Source of the DNA: Candidatus Aenigmatarchaeota archaeon
GTDB taxonomy: Archaea > Aenigmatarchaeota > Aenigmatarchaeia > JACPZZ01
Length of the DNA stretch: 64,000 nt
Direction: 5' to 3'
Assembly: GCA_043801595.1 (NCBI GenBank)
Contig: JAZDLW010000019.1
Coordinates: 1 to 64,000 of the forward strand
Position numbers and translations under genes: made by a program
The notes under the pieces: generated by a model
The model's database searches: none
What the model was told of the DNA's origin: nothing
Seen by the model: only the letters and a program-made list of their open reading frames with translations
Shown here: one piece after another, positions 1 through 10,355 of the stretch
Numbering within the stretch: the stretch's first letter is position 1
How the letters are laid out: every line of letters starts with the position of its first letter

Positions 1-426
1 GTTTTTATCTTTGCCAGTGCCCTTTACGCCGACAACCCTTCCGCCTTCGAACAGCAGATCAGTCACCTCGAAGTTTTCGATCACATCCGCATTCTTTTTC
101 GCTTCCTCGAAGACTATGTTGTCGAACAGGTAGCGTTTGCATGCATAACCCGGATTTTCGGTTCCGTCGAATGCAATCTGAGTGTCCGCAGACGTGGCTG
201 TTAAAAAACCGTTAATCCTGCTGTGCTGGACCTCGTTCATTTTGTCGTGCACACCAAGTTCTTCCAGAATGGCTATCGATTTTCCGGTTATACCATCGCC
301 ACAGGTCTTGTCGCGGGGAAACGACGTTTTGTCGAGTAAAAGAGTTTTTATGCCTTTCCTGCCGAGAAATGTAGCACACGATGACCCTGACGGTCCAGCG
401 CCCACTACTATAGCATCATAATCCAT
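1..426 (-). CDS. Geranylgeranyl reductase-family FAD-dependent oxidoreductase (5' part; runs off window start)
   Basis: Manual translation from ATG 426: MDYDAIVVGAGPSGSSCATFLGRKGIKTLLLDKTSFPRDKTCGDG; GxGxxG and PRDKxCGDG motifs of the GGR family. Confidence 0.85.
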   Translation of the reverse strand, partial: MDYDAIVVGAGPSGSSCATFLGRKGIKTLLLDKTSFPRDKTCGDGITGKSIAILEELGVHDKMNEVQHSRINGFLTATSADTQIAFDGTENPGYACKRYLFDNIVFEEAKKNADVIENFEVTDLLFEGGRVVGVKGTGKDKN

Positions 427-543
427 TGATCCTTACCCTCTCTGATTTTGCCAGCAATTCAGATATACATTTGCCAGCTAACGCATGTAAAAATAACTGA
501 TGATCGCGGGTTTATAAATAGTCCAAAAAAACGGTTGCCTATT

Positions 544-595
544 CAACGAAAACCTAATGGTTTCCGTGCATAGGAAATTATGAATTTCCTATGCA
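544..595. repeat. Palindromic repeat-family copy (double hairpin) overlapping the gdhA stop codon
   Basis: TGCATAGGAAAT-N5-ATTTCCTATGCA hairpin; related units at ~38554, ~43747 and in the tRNA-Cys intron. Confidence 0.7.
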
Positions 596-1728
596 TTGTT
601 TGCGTCGGCTTTCTTTTCCATGGCTTTCTTAACGCGGTGAACCGCCAGCGCCATCGCGGCATTGCGAGGCATGACGCCCTTATTTTTCGCTTCGCAAAGA
701 ACGAGTCTGGTGTTTTTCTTTATCTTTTTCTCAACCATATTGAACATATGTTCGGGATTTTTCCCGATGTATTCGGCGTAAGATGATATAACTCCGCCCG
801 CGTTCGCTACAAAGTCCGGAACAACAAGTACTCCGTTCTCATACAGTTTCGCCTCAATTTCCGGCGTTGCAGGTATGTTTGCCGCCTCGACAATGATCTT
901 TGATTTTATTTTGTCCACATTATTGCCGTGTATAACGTTCGGCAGGGCCGATGGTATCAGTATGTCGATATCGAGTTCGAACAGTTTTTCATTTGGCAGC
1001 ACGTTTCCCTGCTTGTAGCCTGTGACAGAACCCGCACTCCTTTTTATCTCTGAAAGATTTCCGATGTCCAGACCGTTTTTATTGTAAATGCATCCTTTGC
1101 TGTCGCTTATTGCAACGATTTTCGCGCCGAGTTCCGAGAGGTGTTTTGCCGCAAAAGCTCCGACATTGCCGTAACCTTCGATTGCGATTGTTGCGCCCTT
1201 CAAGCCTATTTTTGCGTAATCCGCTGCGATTGCTGTTGCGTGTGCGACGCCGAAACCCGTTGATCCGTATTCATGGGGAATACCGCATTTGACGCCTGGC
1301 GAAACGCACAGGTTTGACGGTTTGCCTGTTGCTGATCGAAACGAACCGTTTGCACGCACAAATTCTTCCATGGCCTTTTCCGACGTGTTTATATCGGGAG
1401 CTGCTATGTACCTGCTCGGGCAAATCGGCTTTATCGCTATTGCAAATGAGCGGATTATCGCGGCAGTTTGCTCAGGAGAAAGTTTTTTCGGGTCGGCGAT
1501 AATTCCGGATTTTCCGCCGCCAAAAGGAAGGTCTGCTAATGCGCACTTCCAAGTCATGGTGCGGGCGAGCTTTGCGACCTCGGCTATGCTAACGGAAGGC
1601 GTCATTCGTATGCCGCCTTTTGCAGGACCCAGCGCGGTATTATCGATTACAGTGAAACCGTGCATGCCCGTTTTATTATCGAATACTTCGAGTATCTTTT
1701 CAGGACCGAATTCGTCAACATTCATCAT
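589..1728 (-). CDS. gdhA: Glu/Leu/Phe/Val dehydrogenase (glutamate dehydrogenase)
   Basis: GPAKGGIR, MTWKCA, LPFGGGKSGI, APDINT, GYGNVG, PDFVANAGGV motifs. Confidence 0.9.
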   Translation of the reverse strand: MMNVDEFGPEKILEVFDNKTGMHGFTVIDNTALGPAKGGIRMTPSVSIAEVAKLARTMTWKCALADLPFGGGKSGIIADPKKLSPEQTAAIIRSFAIAIKPICPSRYIAAPDINTSEKAMEEFVRANGSFRSATGKPSNLCVSPGVKCGIPHEYGSTGFGVAHATAIAADYAKIGLKGATIAIEGYGNVGAFAAKHLSELGAKIVAISDSKGCIYNKNGLDIGNLSEIKRSAGSVTGYKQGNVLPNEKLFELDIDILIPSALPNVIHGNNVDKIKSKIIVEAANIPATPEIEAKLYENGVLVVPDFVANAGGVISSYAEYIGKNPEHMFNMVEKKIKKNTRLVLCEAKNKGVMPRNAAMALAVHRVKKAMEKKADANNA

Positions 1729-1851
1729 ATATCACCTTATTCCAATTACTTTTAGTCCATTTCAGCTGCTGATTGTGCTGAAACAGTTGTGAAGCGGTCA
1801 AACGCGAATTTCGACCGATTTTTATTAGCCATTCTATTAAAAAAGCTAATA

Positions 1852-1926
1852 TGCTCCTGCTGGGATTTGAACCCAGGTCTTCGACGTGAAAGGCCGACGT
1901 CCTTGACCGGACTGGACGACAGGAGC
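1852..1926 (-). tRNA. tRNA-Glu(TTC)
   Basis: Cloverleaf GCTCCTG...CAGGAGCA; anticodon loop CT-TTC-AC; T-loop TTCAAAT. Confidence 0.95.
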
Positions 1927-2074
1927 AATTGAAGCTTAAGCAGGTGCTATTGGTATGCACCTGCTTTGGTTTACGCTTTCCTTAGCATCTAATCTTCCTA
2001 TTTTGGTTTCGCATCAGCGAAACCTATCATAGTTTTTGTAGATCCAAGTACTTTTTTCTAAAAAGGACTTGGTT

Positions 2075-2145
2075 TGGGCCCGAAGAGAATTGAACTCTTT
2101 TCTCTGCCGTGTCGAGGCAGCGTCCTGCCGTTAGACTACGAGCCC
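2075..2145 (-). tRNA. tRNA-Val(GAC) with C at position 33
   Basis: GGGCTCG...CGGGCCCA; anticodon arm CTGCC-TCGACAC-GGCAG; T-arm AAGAG-TTCAATT-CTCTT. Confidence 0.9.
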
Positions 2146-2369
2146 GATCCGCAAGGAAACCTTAGGTTCCAAGTTTACCCGAAGGTAAACTGGAGCAGTT
2201 TTGTTTCGACAAAACTAGCATCCTTACCGGTCTATCCTTCCTAAATACACCTTTCCTAATTTTTATTCGCTCCTTTAAATCGTTTCTACGCGGTTTTGAC
2301 AGGTATGTTGGACAATAAGCGAAGTTCGCGTACGTTAATTATATATTGCTTTGTGTTCAAAGACGGCTT

Positions 2370-3416
2370 ATGGTCGGCATAGTAGGGTACGGCGTCTATG
2401 TTCCCAAGTTCAGAATAAAGGTTGAGGACATAGCAAAGGTGTGGAACAAGGATGCGGATTCGATCAAAAGTTCGCTAGGGATAGCCGAGAAATCCGTTGC
2501 GGGCATAGACGAGGATACTGTTACGATTTCGGTGCAGGCGGCGAGAAACGCCGTTAACCATGCAGGAATCGATCCGGTTGATATAGGCGCGATTTTTGTG
2601 GGTTCAGAGTCGCATCCGTACGCAGTCAAACCAACAGCAACGATTGTCGCAGAGGCGATTGAAGCGACGCCCGAAATGACTGCGGCCGACACCGAATTCG
2701 CATGCAAAGCCGGAACAGTTGGCATACAAATGTGCATGGGGATGGTCGGTTCTGATATGATAAAATACGGAATGGCTATAGGTTCGGACACAGCGCAAGG
2801 CATGCCGGGTGATGTGCTGGAATACACAGCGGGCGCGGGAGGCGCTGCTTTCATTGTTGGTAAAGATTCTGTTATTGCGGAAATAGAGGACACTTATTCG
2901 TACACAACAGACACGCCGGATTTCTGGAGGAGGGATTTGCAGCAATTTCCAAGGCACGGATCAAAGTTCACTGGTGAGCCGGCGTATTTCAAACATGTGA
3001 TCGCAGCCGCGAACGGCATACTCGAAAAAACGGATTCAAAAATTAATGATTTCGATTTCGTCGTTTTCCACCAGCCGAACGGCAAGTTCCCGTTGCGCGC
3101 AGCAAAAATGCTCGGCGTGCCTGTTGAAAAATTAATGCCGTCGCTTTTCGTAAACAAGATCGGCAATACGTATTCAGGCGCTTCGTTGATCGGACTCGCC
3201 GGCGTCCTTGATATCGCAAAAGCGGGACAAAAAATTCTTGTAGTTTCATACGGCTCGGGTGCAGGGTCTGACGCGTTTATAATGAAGACCACAGACCTTT
3301 TGGAGAAGAAGAGAAAGAACTCTGTCAAGGTTAGTGAATATGTTGATAAAAAAGAGTACATCGATTACTCAATATACCTGAAAAACAGGAATGCGATTGT
3401 CGGGAGCGGTGCTTGA
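2370..3416 (+). CDS. hmgB: Hydroxymethylglutaryl-CoA synthase (archaeal)
   Basis: [19 protein letters not shown] (catalytic Cys), [24 protein letters not shown]; start moved to ATG 2370. Confidence 0.95.
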   Translation: MVGIVGYGVYVPKFRIKVEDIAKVWNKDADSIKSSLGIAEKSVAGIDEDTVTISVQAARNAVNHAGIDPVDIGAIFVGSESHPYAVKPTATIVAEAIEATPEMTAADTEFACKAGTVGIQMCMGMVGSDMIKYGMAIGSDTAQGMPGDVLEYTAGAGGAAFIVGKDSVIAEIEDTYSYTTDTPDFWRRDLQQFPRHGSKFTGEPAYFKHVIAAANGILEKTDSKINDFDFVVFHQPNGKFPLRAAKMLGVPVEKLMPSLFVNKIGNTYSGASLIGLAGVLDIAKAGQKILVVSYGSGAGSDAFIMKTTDLLEKKRKNSVKVSEYVDKKEYIDYSIYLKNRNAIVGSGA

Positions 3417-3418
3417 TA

Positions 3419-4585
3419 ATGAGGAAAGTCGCAGTCATAGGCGGCGGCCTTTCGAAATTCGGCGAACACTGGGACAAAGGGCTAAAGGAATTAATAGCCG
3501 AAGCCGGAATAAACGCGATTGTAGATGCGGGCATATCCGGAAAAGAGATAGACGCTGTTTACGGCGGCACAATGTCAGCGGGCGGTTTCTCAAAACAGGA
3601 GCACATTGCGGCATTGACAGCGGATCAGATGGGGCTCAATCCTCTTCCAGCTGTGCGCGTTGAAGCTGCTTGCGCATCAGGAGGCGTCGCATTGCGCCAA
3701 GCGTACATTTCCGTAGCTTCTGGTGTTCACGATGTTGTTATTGTGGGCGGCGCGGAAAAGATGACGGACGTGAGCATGGAGCAGGCTACTACGATCCTTG
3801 GCGGCGCGTCGGATTATGAATGGGAAGTATTCCATGGCGCGACGTTCCCGGGCATATACGCAATGATGGCAAGAAAGCACATGGCAGATTTCGGCACAAC
3901 AGAGGAACAGATGGCTGCGGTGGCTGTGAAGAATCATGACAACGGTTCGAAGAACCCTTACGCCCAATTCAGGAATAAAATAACAATAGACGATGTTTTG
4001 AAATCCCCGCCAGTTGCGACGCCATTAAAATTGCTTGACTGCTCGCCGATTTCGGACGGTGCGGCTGCGGTTGTTTTAGCGTCGGAAGAATTTGCGAAGA
4101 AAATGAAATCGGATCCTGTATGGATCGCAGCGTCAGCGCAGGCAAGCGACACGCTTTCCCTGCACGACAGGAAATCGCTCACAGAAATAAACTCGACCAA
4201 AGTTGCCGGAGCAAATGCGTTCAAGCAGGCGGGCATTACGCCAAAGGACGTGAATTTGGCAGAGGTCCATGACTGTTTCACGATCGCAGAAATACTGGCA
4301 ATAGAAGATCTTGGTTTTTTCCAAAAAGGAACAGGCGGTAAGGCGACGGAACACGGAGAAACTGCGTTAAACGCCGGAATATCCATAAACACATCCGGCG
4401 GCCTGAAAGCGTGCGGTCATCCTGTAGGAGCGACTGGTGTAAAACAAGCTGTTGAAGTGCTGTGGCAGCTGAGAAACCAGGCAAAGGAACGACAAGTCGC
4501 GAACGCAAACATCGGTCTGACGCATAATGTCGGAGGCTCGGGCGGAACGTGCGTCGTACACATATTTACGAGGGATAAGCAATGA
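3419..4585 (+). CDS. Acetoacetyl-CoA thiolase (archaeal)
   Basis: EAACASGG, EVHDCFT, GHPVGATG, HNVGGSGG; conserved HMGCS-thiolase-DUF35 context. Confidence 0.93.
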   Translation: MRKVAVIGGGLSKFGEHWDKGLKELIAEAGINAIVDAGISGKEIDAVYGGTMSAGGFSKQEHIAALTADQMGLNPLPAVRVEAACASGGVALRQAYISVASGVHDVVIVGGAEKMTDVSMEQATTILGGASDYEWEVFHGATFPGIYAMMARKHMADFGTTEEQMAAVAVKNHDNGSKNPYAQFRNKITIDDVLKSPPVATPLKLLDCSPISDGAAAVVLASEEFAKKMKSDPVWIAASAQASDTLSLHDRKSLTEINSTKVAGANAFKQAGITPKDVNLAEVHDCFTIAEILAIEDLGFFQKGTGGKATEHGETALNAGISINTSGGLKACGHPVGATGVKQAVEVLWQLRNQAKERQVANANIGLTHNVGGSGGTCVVHIFTRDKQ

Positions 4586-4989
4586 AAGGTGTTGCATCTT
4601 CGTGGAGAAGGATGAAGTATAGGTACAATCTTTACTCCACGAAATGCGAGAATTGCAGCGGAATATTCTTCCCGCCGAGGATAATATGTCCGAGATGTAG
4701 AAGGGCGGGAAAGATGATTGAACTGAAATTGAGCGGGCGAGGAAAGATTGTTTCGTTCACAACAATACACTCCCCGCCAGAAGGATACACTTTCCAGACC
4801 CCATACCTGCTTGCCATAATAAAGCTGGAGGAAGGGCCGATGTTAACCACACAGGTTGTTGAAACCGAAGAAAGCGCAATAAGGATAGGAACACAGGTTG
4901 AAATGGTTTTCAGAAAGCTTATCGACCATGGGGAAGAAAATCTTATATCATACGGCTACAAGTTCCGCGTTGCGGACAAGCAGGTTTAA
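4582..4989 (+). CDS. DUF35 Zn-ribbon/OB-fold scaffold of the thiolase-HMGCS complex
   Basis: CENC...CPRC Zn ribbon followed by OB fold; overlaps thiolase stop. Confidence 0.9.
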   Translation: MKGVASSWRRMKYRYNLYSTKCENCSGIFFPPRIICPRCRRAGKMIELKLSGRGKIVSFTTIHSPPEGYTFQTPYLLAIIKLEEGPMLTTQVVETEESAIRIGTQVEMVFRKLIDHGEENLISYGYKFRVADKQV

Positions 4990-4991
4990 CC

Positions 4992-6269
4992 ATGATTTCA
5001 GCCAAAGAAGTTTTCGAGAAATTAAAGGCCGGCGAAATACGCTTGCACGAAATTGAGAATTTCGTTTTCAACGCGCTCGGCAGCGGTGCGGACTGGAAGG
5101 AAGCCTGCGCGATTGCGGCCGAAGCGCGCATACTGTTTATAGAAAATTTAAAGGGGAAAAAATTCCCTGGCATAAGGTCGCATTACATAAGCACAGGCGA
5201 CAAGGCGAAGATCGTCGGGATAGAAAATCAGATCGGCGGGGCTACGATTCCTCTTGGCATAGGCGGACCGCTTGAAATACGCGGTGCTTACGCAAAAGGT
5301 TTGTTTTACTTGACGCTGGCGACAAACGAAGCTGCGTTGATAGCAGGACTGTCAAGAGGGGCGAAGGCGATAAACGAAAGCGGCGGCGTAAAAACCACAG
5401 TAACGAGGGACTGGATGACGCGCGCGCCCGTCCTTGATTTGGGATCCATTGAAGATGCGAAAAAATTAATTGATGCGATAAACGACGACAAGGAATTTTA
5501 CGGAAAAATAAAATCCGCGGCCGAAGCGGAAACGAAAGTTTCAAAACTCGGGTTCATAGAGACGTTCCAGATCGGAAAAAAAGTATGGCTGCGATTTGCG
5601 TTCGAAACGGGCGACAGCATGGGAATGAACTCTGTGACGAAATATTCGGCCAATGCGATCAAAGAAGTCAAGAAAAAGTTTGAAAGCGCGAAGTTAATCG
5701 CGCTTTCGGGAAACATGTGCTGCGACAAGAAATCCAACCACACGAACATAATTCTCGGGCGCGGAAAAGCTGTCGAGGCTGAAACGACCATTAAGAAAGA
5801 TGTTCTCAAAAAAATTTACAACACTGATGCGAGGACGATAGAGAAAATAAACTTCACAAAGAATTATCAGGGTTCCGCATTGGCAGGAACGCTTGGCGGG
5901 TTCAATGCAAATGCCGCGAATACGGTTGCTGCAATATTCCTTGCAACAGGCCAGGATGCTGCTCAAATCGTTGAATCGTCGTCCTGTTTTGTGACAGCAG
6001 AAGATAATAATGGTGACTTGTATTTTTCAATTTCCATGCCGAACCTTGAGGTTGCGACAATAGGTGGCGGAACGAATTTCGCAACAGCGAAAGAATGTCT
6101 TGAGATACTCGACTGCGCCGGGGCTGGAAAAAATCCGGGCGACAACTCCAAAAAACTTGCGGAAATAATCGCGGCGGCCGTGCTTGCACAAGAACTTAAT
6201 TTGCTGGGTGCGCTTTCAAACGATTACGAACTCGCAGAATCGCACATAAGATTGGCGAGAGGGAAATGA
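4992..6269 (+). CDS. hmgA: HMG-CoA reductase, class I (NADPH)
   Basis: ENQIG, LATNEAAL, GDSMGMN, LSGNMCCDKK, TGQDAAQ, C-terminal catalytic His (ESHIRL). Confidence 0.93.
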   Translation: MISAKEVFEKLKAGEIRLHEIENFVFNALGSGADWKEACAIAAEARILFIENLKGKKFPGIRSHYISTGDKAKIVGIENQIGGATIPLGIGGPLEIRGAYAKGLFYLTLATNEAALIAGLSRGAKAINESGGVKTTVTRDWMTRAPVLDLGSIEDAKKLIDAINDDKEFYGKIKSAAEAETKVSKLGFIETFQIGKKVWLRFAFETGDSMGMNSVTKYSANAIKEVKKKFESAKLIALSGNMCCDKKSNHTNIILGRGKAVEAETTIKKDVLKKIYNTDARTIEKINFTKNYQGSALAGTLGGFNANAANTVAAIFLATGQDAAQIVESSSCFVTAEDNNGDLYFSISMPNLEVATIGGGTNFATAKECLEILDCAGAGKNPGDNSKKLAEIIAAAVLAQELNLLGALSNDYELAESHIRLARGK

Positions 6270-6317
6270 TCTTATAACGATGCAATGCATTAATATCTTT
6301 TTGTCTAATATTGAAGC

Positions 6318-6959
6318 ATGAAATTTGATGACAACTTGTTATTTTATAACATGCCTGAAATAAGCGAGATGTCAAAGGGTTTGGCACATAAAATAAATTC
6401 CAGCTACAGACCCGACATCGTAATTGGTGTGTTAAGGGACGGCTTCGTACCTGCGTTTGAGATCGTTCAAGAATTGAAGGTCCCGTATGGTTTCATAAGA
6501 GTTCAAAGGTCAAACATCTCCTTTTTTCAAGATAGCGGTGAAAGGGTTATTGAGGGCGGTGTTGTAGTACCCGGACAACCCGATTATTCATTGAACGGCA
6601 AGCGGGTACTTCTGGTAGACGATACGTATCATAGCGGCCGCACGCTGGAGTACGGCAAGGCTCACCTCGAATCCAAAGGTGCCAAATGTATAATGACAGC
6701 AGTTCTTAATTTCTCGCAAAGCGGTAAAACTCAATGGGACAACAGACAAAAACCTGATTTCTGGGAGTTTGAAGGTTATTCAGGTGTTTTTCCTTGGGAC
6801 GCTAGCAGGTGGAACGCTAGCAGGTTAGGAGGCGGAGATGATTGTATAGATTACGTGATAGAGAAAGGAACGCTTTTTCCGGAATTAAAACCTATAATTC
6901 AAGTGCATTTTTCCAATAATAGACCGCCCCAAGTCGGAGAATCCGATCTTTATACCTAA
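6318..6959 (+). CDS. Type I phosphoribosyltransferase
   Basis: VLLVDDTYHSGRT PRPP-binding loop; GVLRDG; VFPW. Confidence 0.8.
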   Translation: MKFDDNLLFYNMPEISEMSKGLAHKINSSYRPDIVIGVLRDGFVPAFEIVQELKVPYGFIRVQRSNISFFQDSGERVIEGGVVVPGQPDYSLNGKRVLLVDDTYHSGRTLEYGKAHLESKGAKCIMTAVLNFSQSGKTQWDNRQKPDFWEFEGYSGVFPWDASRWNASRLGGGDDCIDYVIEKGTLFPELKPIIQVHFSNNRPPQVGESDLYT

Positions 6960-7951
6960 ACCAAAACGATCTTCCTGAACGCGCTTTCAGCTTCGTCTTT
7001 TTTCATGTTCTTTGTGATGACACGGCCATCTGTAAAAATTGTAAGCTCTTTTTTATTTTGACCGGCCTTAATCAGGAACTCATTTTCCGCGGTCACCAAA
7101 AATCCCGGCGGTAGCCTTTCTTTTGAAACACGCATATCCAACCGTATTTTATAAGGCGGCGATATATGGTACGAATTGCTGCCGCACAGCGATGTTATCC
7201 GCGATTCACAACTTCCGCCCAAAAAATCGAATTTTCGCAGCGAGCAAACCCTGCAGTTCGGGTCTTTCCTGACACTAAAACTTTTCATTATCATATGTTC
7301 CAGATCAGCGTACAAAAGCAAACGCATCAGCGTGTATTTTTGTCCTCCCAAATACTTCAGCGCTTCATTCGACTGTACGGCTGATATCAATGAAATTATC
7401 GAGTTGGTGATGCCGGAGGTTTCGCAAACTTCAGTTTTCATCGGCAACTTTTTTATAAAACAATTAAGACAGTTTGTGGTTACGTCTATGAAGCTAACAT
7501 AACCAACATTTCTTATAGCAGAACCGTATATCCAGGGAATTTGGAGCTTTACGCACGCCTCGTTCAAAACAAACCTGGACTGCATGTTATCCAGGCCGTC
7601 TATAACAAGGTCGTATCCATTAATCAGGCTTTCGGCATTTTTTGGATTGAAGTCTTCTACCTCGGCTATAATATTTATCGAAGAATTTATCCGTTTCAAT
7701 TTGTTCGCCAGACCCAACGCTTTTGGGAGGTTTATATCCTCTTCGGAAAACACACTCTGCCTTTGAATATTGGATAATTCAAGGAAGTCCCTGTCTACGA
7801 GCTTTATTGTGCCGACACCCGACCGCGCCAGAAGTTCCGCTGACGATGATCCCAATGCGCCACACCCAATAATGCAGACTTTGGACTTTCCTATTTTGTC
7901 CTGCGCCCATTTTCCGATGTAGGCAATCTGGCGTGAATATCTGTTTTCCAT
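6956..7951 (-). CDS. ThiF/MoeB (E1-like) adenylyltransferase
   Basis: RYSRQ, GCGALGS, DRDFLELSNIQRQ, two CxxC motifs. Confidence 0.9.
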   Translation of the reverse strand: MENRYSRQIAYIGKWAQDKIGKSKVCIIGCGALGSSSAELLARSGVGTIKLVDRDFLELSNIQRQSVFSEEDINLPKALGLANKLKRINSSINIIAEVEDFNPKNAESLINGYDLVIDGLDNMQSRFVLNEACVKLQIPWIYGSAIRNVGYVSFIDVTTNCLNCFIKKLPMKTEVCETSGITNSIISLISAVQSNEALKYLGGQKYTLMRLLLYADLEHMIMKSFSVRKDPNCRVCSLRKFDFLGGSCESRITSLCGSNSYHISPPYKIRLDMRVSKERLPPGFLVTAENEFLIKAGQNKKELTIFTDGRVITKNMKKDEAESAFRKIVLV

Positions 7952-7993
7952 GAGATAAAATTAGGTTTTATATATAAATCCCGATTTAATTTC

Positions 7994-8422
7994 ATGGATA
8001 CAAGCCAGATACTGAAAAAATACCAGATTATAGCAGTAATCGGATGCTCGACGGATGTTACAAAAGATTCGAATATTGTTCCAGCGTATATGCTTTCGAA
8101 AGGATTCCGTATAATACCGATAAACCCCAACGGAGGAACGATTCTCGGGCAAAAATCCTACAAATCCATGGAAGGGATCCCCTACGACCGTAAATCGCGA
8201 ATAGAGATCGTAAACATATTCCGTCCTTCTTCCGAGCTGTTGCCGATAGTCCACTCGATTGTCAAAGACAAAAAAGCCATGCCTTCGTTGAAAGTCATAT
8301 GGGCACAGCTTGGCATACAGGATGAGGCGGCGAAACAACTGGCAGAACAGAACGGGTTTACTTTTGTCCAAAACCGCTGCATGATGAAGGATTACAAGGT
8401 TAAATTTTCCGTTTCCATTTGA
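7994..8422 (+). CDS. CoA-binding protein (YccU-like)
   Basis: IAVIGCS, IPINP, IVNIFRPS, VIWAQLGI, VQNRC. Confidence 0.88.
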   Translation: MDTSQILKKYQIIAVIGCSTDVTKDSNIVPAYMLSKGFRIIPINPNGGTILGQKSYKSMEGIPYDRKSRIEIVNIFRPSSELLPIVHSIVKDKKAMPSLKVIWAQLGIQDEAAKQLAEQNGFTFVQNRCMMKDYKVKFSVSI

Positions 8423-9779
8423 CGCCTGCGGGTGTGTCTTCGAGAATTATTCCCATGCTTTCAAGCTTGTTCCTTATCTCGTCGGATTTTTTGTAGTCCT
8501 TGTCTTTTCTCGCCTTTTCGCGTTCATTGACAAGTTTTTTAATGTTTTCGGATACAACAATCTTCGAATAATTTTCAAGTACCCCCAAAAGGCCGGCAAG
8601 TTCGAAAATAGTCGTTCTTAAGAAGTTTTTCGAGTCTGCCCCGATTTTATCGTTTTCAGACGTGTATTTGTTCACCAGATCAACCAGTTCAAACAGCGAT
8701 GATATCGCCTCAGGCGTGTTGAAGTCGTCGTCCATACTCTCAACGAAGTCGTCTTTAATTTTTTGGACCGCTTCATCGATTTCGCTATCGCTCCCGCCTT
8801 TTTCTTCGATGTTATCTAGGGTCGCGACAGCATTGTACAATGTGCCGAGCGTGTTCTTTGTCCGCACAAGGCTTTCTTCGTGAAAATCCACCTGGCTCCT
8901 GTAGTGGGACATTGCAAAGAACAATCTCAATACCTCCGCGTTGTATTTTTTCAACGCATCCTTTATTGTTATGAAGTTTCCGAGCGATTTCGACATCTTT
9001 TCTCCGTTGACCAGAAGAAAACCGGAGTGAGTCCATATTTTTACCATCGGCTTCTTTCCGGACATGGATTCCATCTGCGCGATCTCAGCCTCATGATGTG
9101 GGAATATCAGGTCTATCGCGCCGCCGTGCAAGTCGTACTGCGAACCCAGGTATTTTTCGGCTATGGCGGTGTCTTCTATATGCCAGCCTGGCCTTCCGAA
9201 ACCGAAAGGCGAATCCCAGCCAAGCTCGGATTTATCGCGTTTTTTCCACAAAGAGAAGTCCTGCTGGTTCTTTTTTGTCGTGTCTGGTTCGATTCGATGC
9301 TTGCTCAATTCCTCCGTGTTCTGGTGCGATAATTTTCCGTAATCAGCGAATTTCGTTATGTCAAAGTAGACGCCTGTCTTAGTTTCGTATGCGACCTCTT
9401 TTTCGATCATTCTTCGTATCTGGCTTATGATTTCGTTTATGTGCTCTGATGCCCGTGCGAACTTATCGATACTGCTGATACGAAGCGATGTCATGTCGTC
9501 CATGAACGATTTTTCAAACTGCGTTGCGATGTCTTTCGGATTTTTTCCGGTCTCCTTTGCACGGTTTATTATCTTGTCGTCGACGTCGGTTATATTCATC
9601 AAAAAGAAAAGATCGTATCCGCGGTAGCGGAGATATTTTGCGATTATGTCGTACGCGGTGTAAGTCCGTGCGTGTCCTAAGTGCGAGTTATCGTAAACGG
9701 TCGGGCCGCACACAAACATCTTTACGTCCGTTTTCGTCAATTCTTCCTTTTTCTTTGTTAGCGTATTGAATATTCTCAT
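8400..9779 (-). CDS. cysS: Cysteine--tRNA ligase
   Basis: CGPTVYD, HLGH, GRPGWHIE, DLIFPHHE, KMSKS. Confidence 0.97.
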   Translation of the reverse strand: MRIFNTLTKKKEELTKTDVKMFVCGPTVYDNSHLGHARTYTAYDIIAKYLRYRGYDLFFLMNITDVDDKIINRAKETGKNPKDIATQFEKSFMDDMTSLRISSIDKFARASEHINEIISQIRRMIEKEVAYETKTGVYFDITKFADYGKLSHQNTEELSKHRIEPDTTKKNQQDFSLWKKRDKSELGWDSPFGFGRPGWHIEDTAIAEKYLGSQYDLHGGAIDLIFPHHEAEIAQMESMSGKKPMVKIWTHSGFLLVNGEKMSKSLGNFITIKDALKKYNAEVLRLFFAMSHYRSQVDFHEESLVRTKNTLGTLYNAVATLDNIEEKGGSDSEIDEAVQKIKDDFVESMDDDFNTPEAISSLFELVDLVNKYTSENDKIGADSKNFLRTTIFELAGLLGVLENYSKIVVSENIKKLVNEREKARKDKDYKKSDEIRNKLESMGIILEDTPAGVKWKRKI

Positions 9780-10177
9780 ATCAAACCCCTTTCAATAAGG
9801 AACGGAAGTATTTTTTGTTTCGTTATGGGCGTTACTATTTCAACGGGCGCAGCCTCAAGATTCTCGCGGCTAAACCATTTCAGCTCTTCTATGTCTTTTG
9901 TCGTGTGCGGTTCGTTTTTCAGTTCGCCCGTATAAGCGCGTATATGCAAAGACATTTCGCCGGTCTCGTATGAGAATTCGTTCATAAATTTCAACGTCTC
10001 TTCCTTGGCAATTGTTCCGACCTCTTCAATCAATTCGCGCTGCAGGCATTGGAGATCATTTTCGCCTTCTTCAAACTTACCGCCAATTGTCAGGAACCTA
10101 TTGTCATTCGGTTCACGCGAAAGCAGAAGTTTCTTGTTTCTTATCAGAAACAACGCACACTTGTTGATCGTTCTCAT
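9776..10177 (-). CDS. NUDIX hydrolase
   Basis: GGKFEEGENDLQCLQRELIEEVG Nudix box. Confidence 0.85.
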   Translation of the reverse strand: MRTINKCALFLIRNKKLLLSREPNDNRFLTIGGKFEEGENDLQCLQRELIEEVGTIAKEETLKFMNEFSYETGEMSLHIRAYTGELKNEPHTTKDIEELKWFSRENLEAAPVEIVTPITKQKILPFLIERGLI

Positions 10178-10355
10178 AAAAATACTATTAGAATTTTGTA
10201 GATTAAAGCATTAAATCCGTTATTGCGAAGTTCCGGTTAAACAAATAGCCCGAATGTCGAATAGATGATAACGTCGATAAAACGGCCGGACGGTTTTTTA
10301 TAGCTGCAAAGCTTCCAGTTTTTTCGAAAATGCAGGCGTGAAAAATTAGACGGGA

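Noticed and set aside
6796..6826. 15-bp tandem duplication in the PRTase gene (WDASR-WNASR)
   Set aside because: A single in-frame slippage event with no evidence of function
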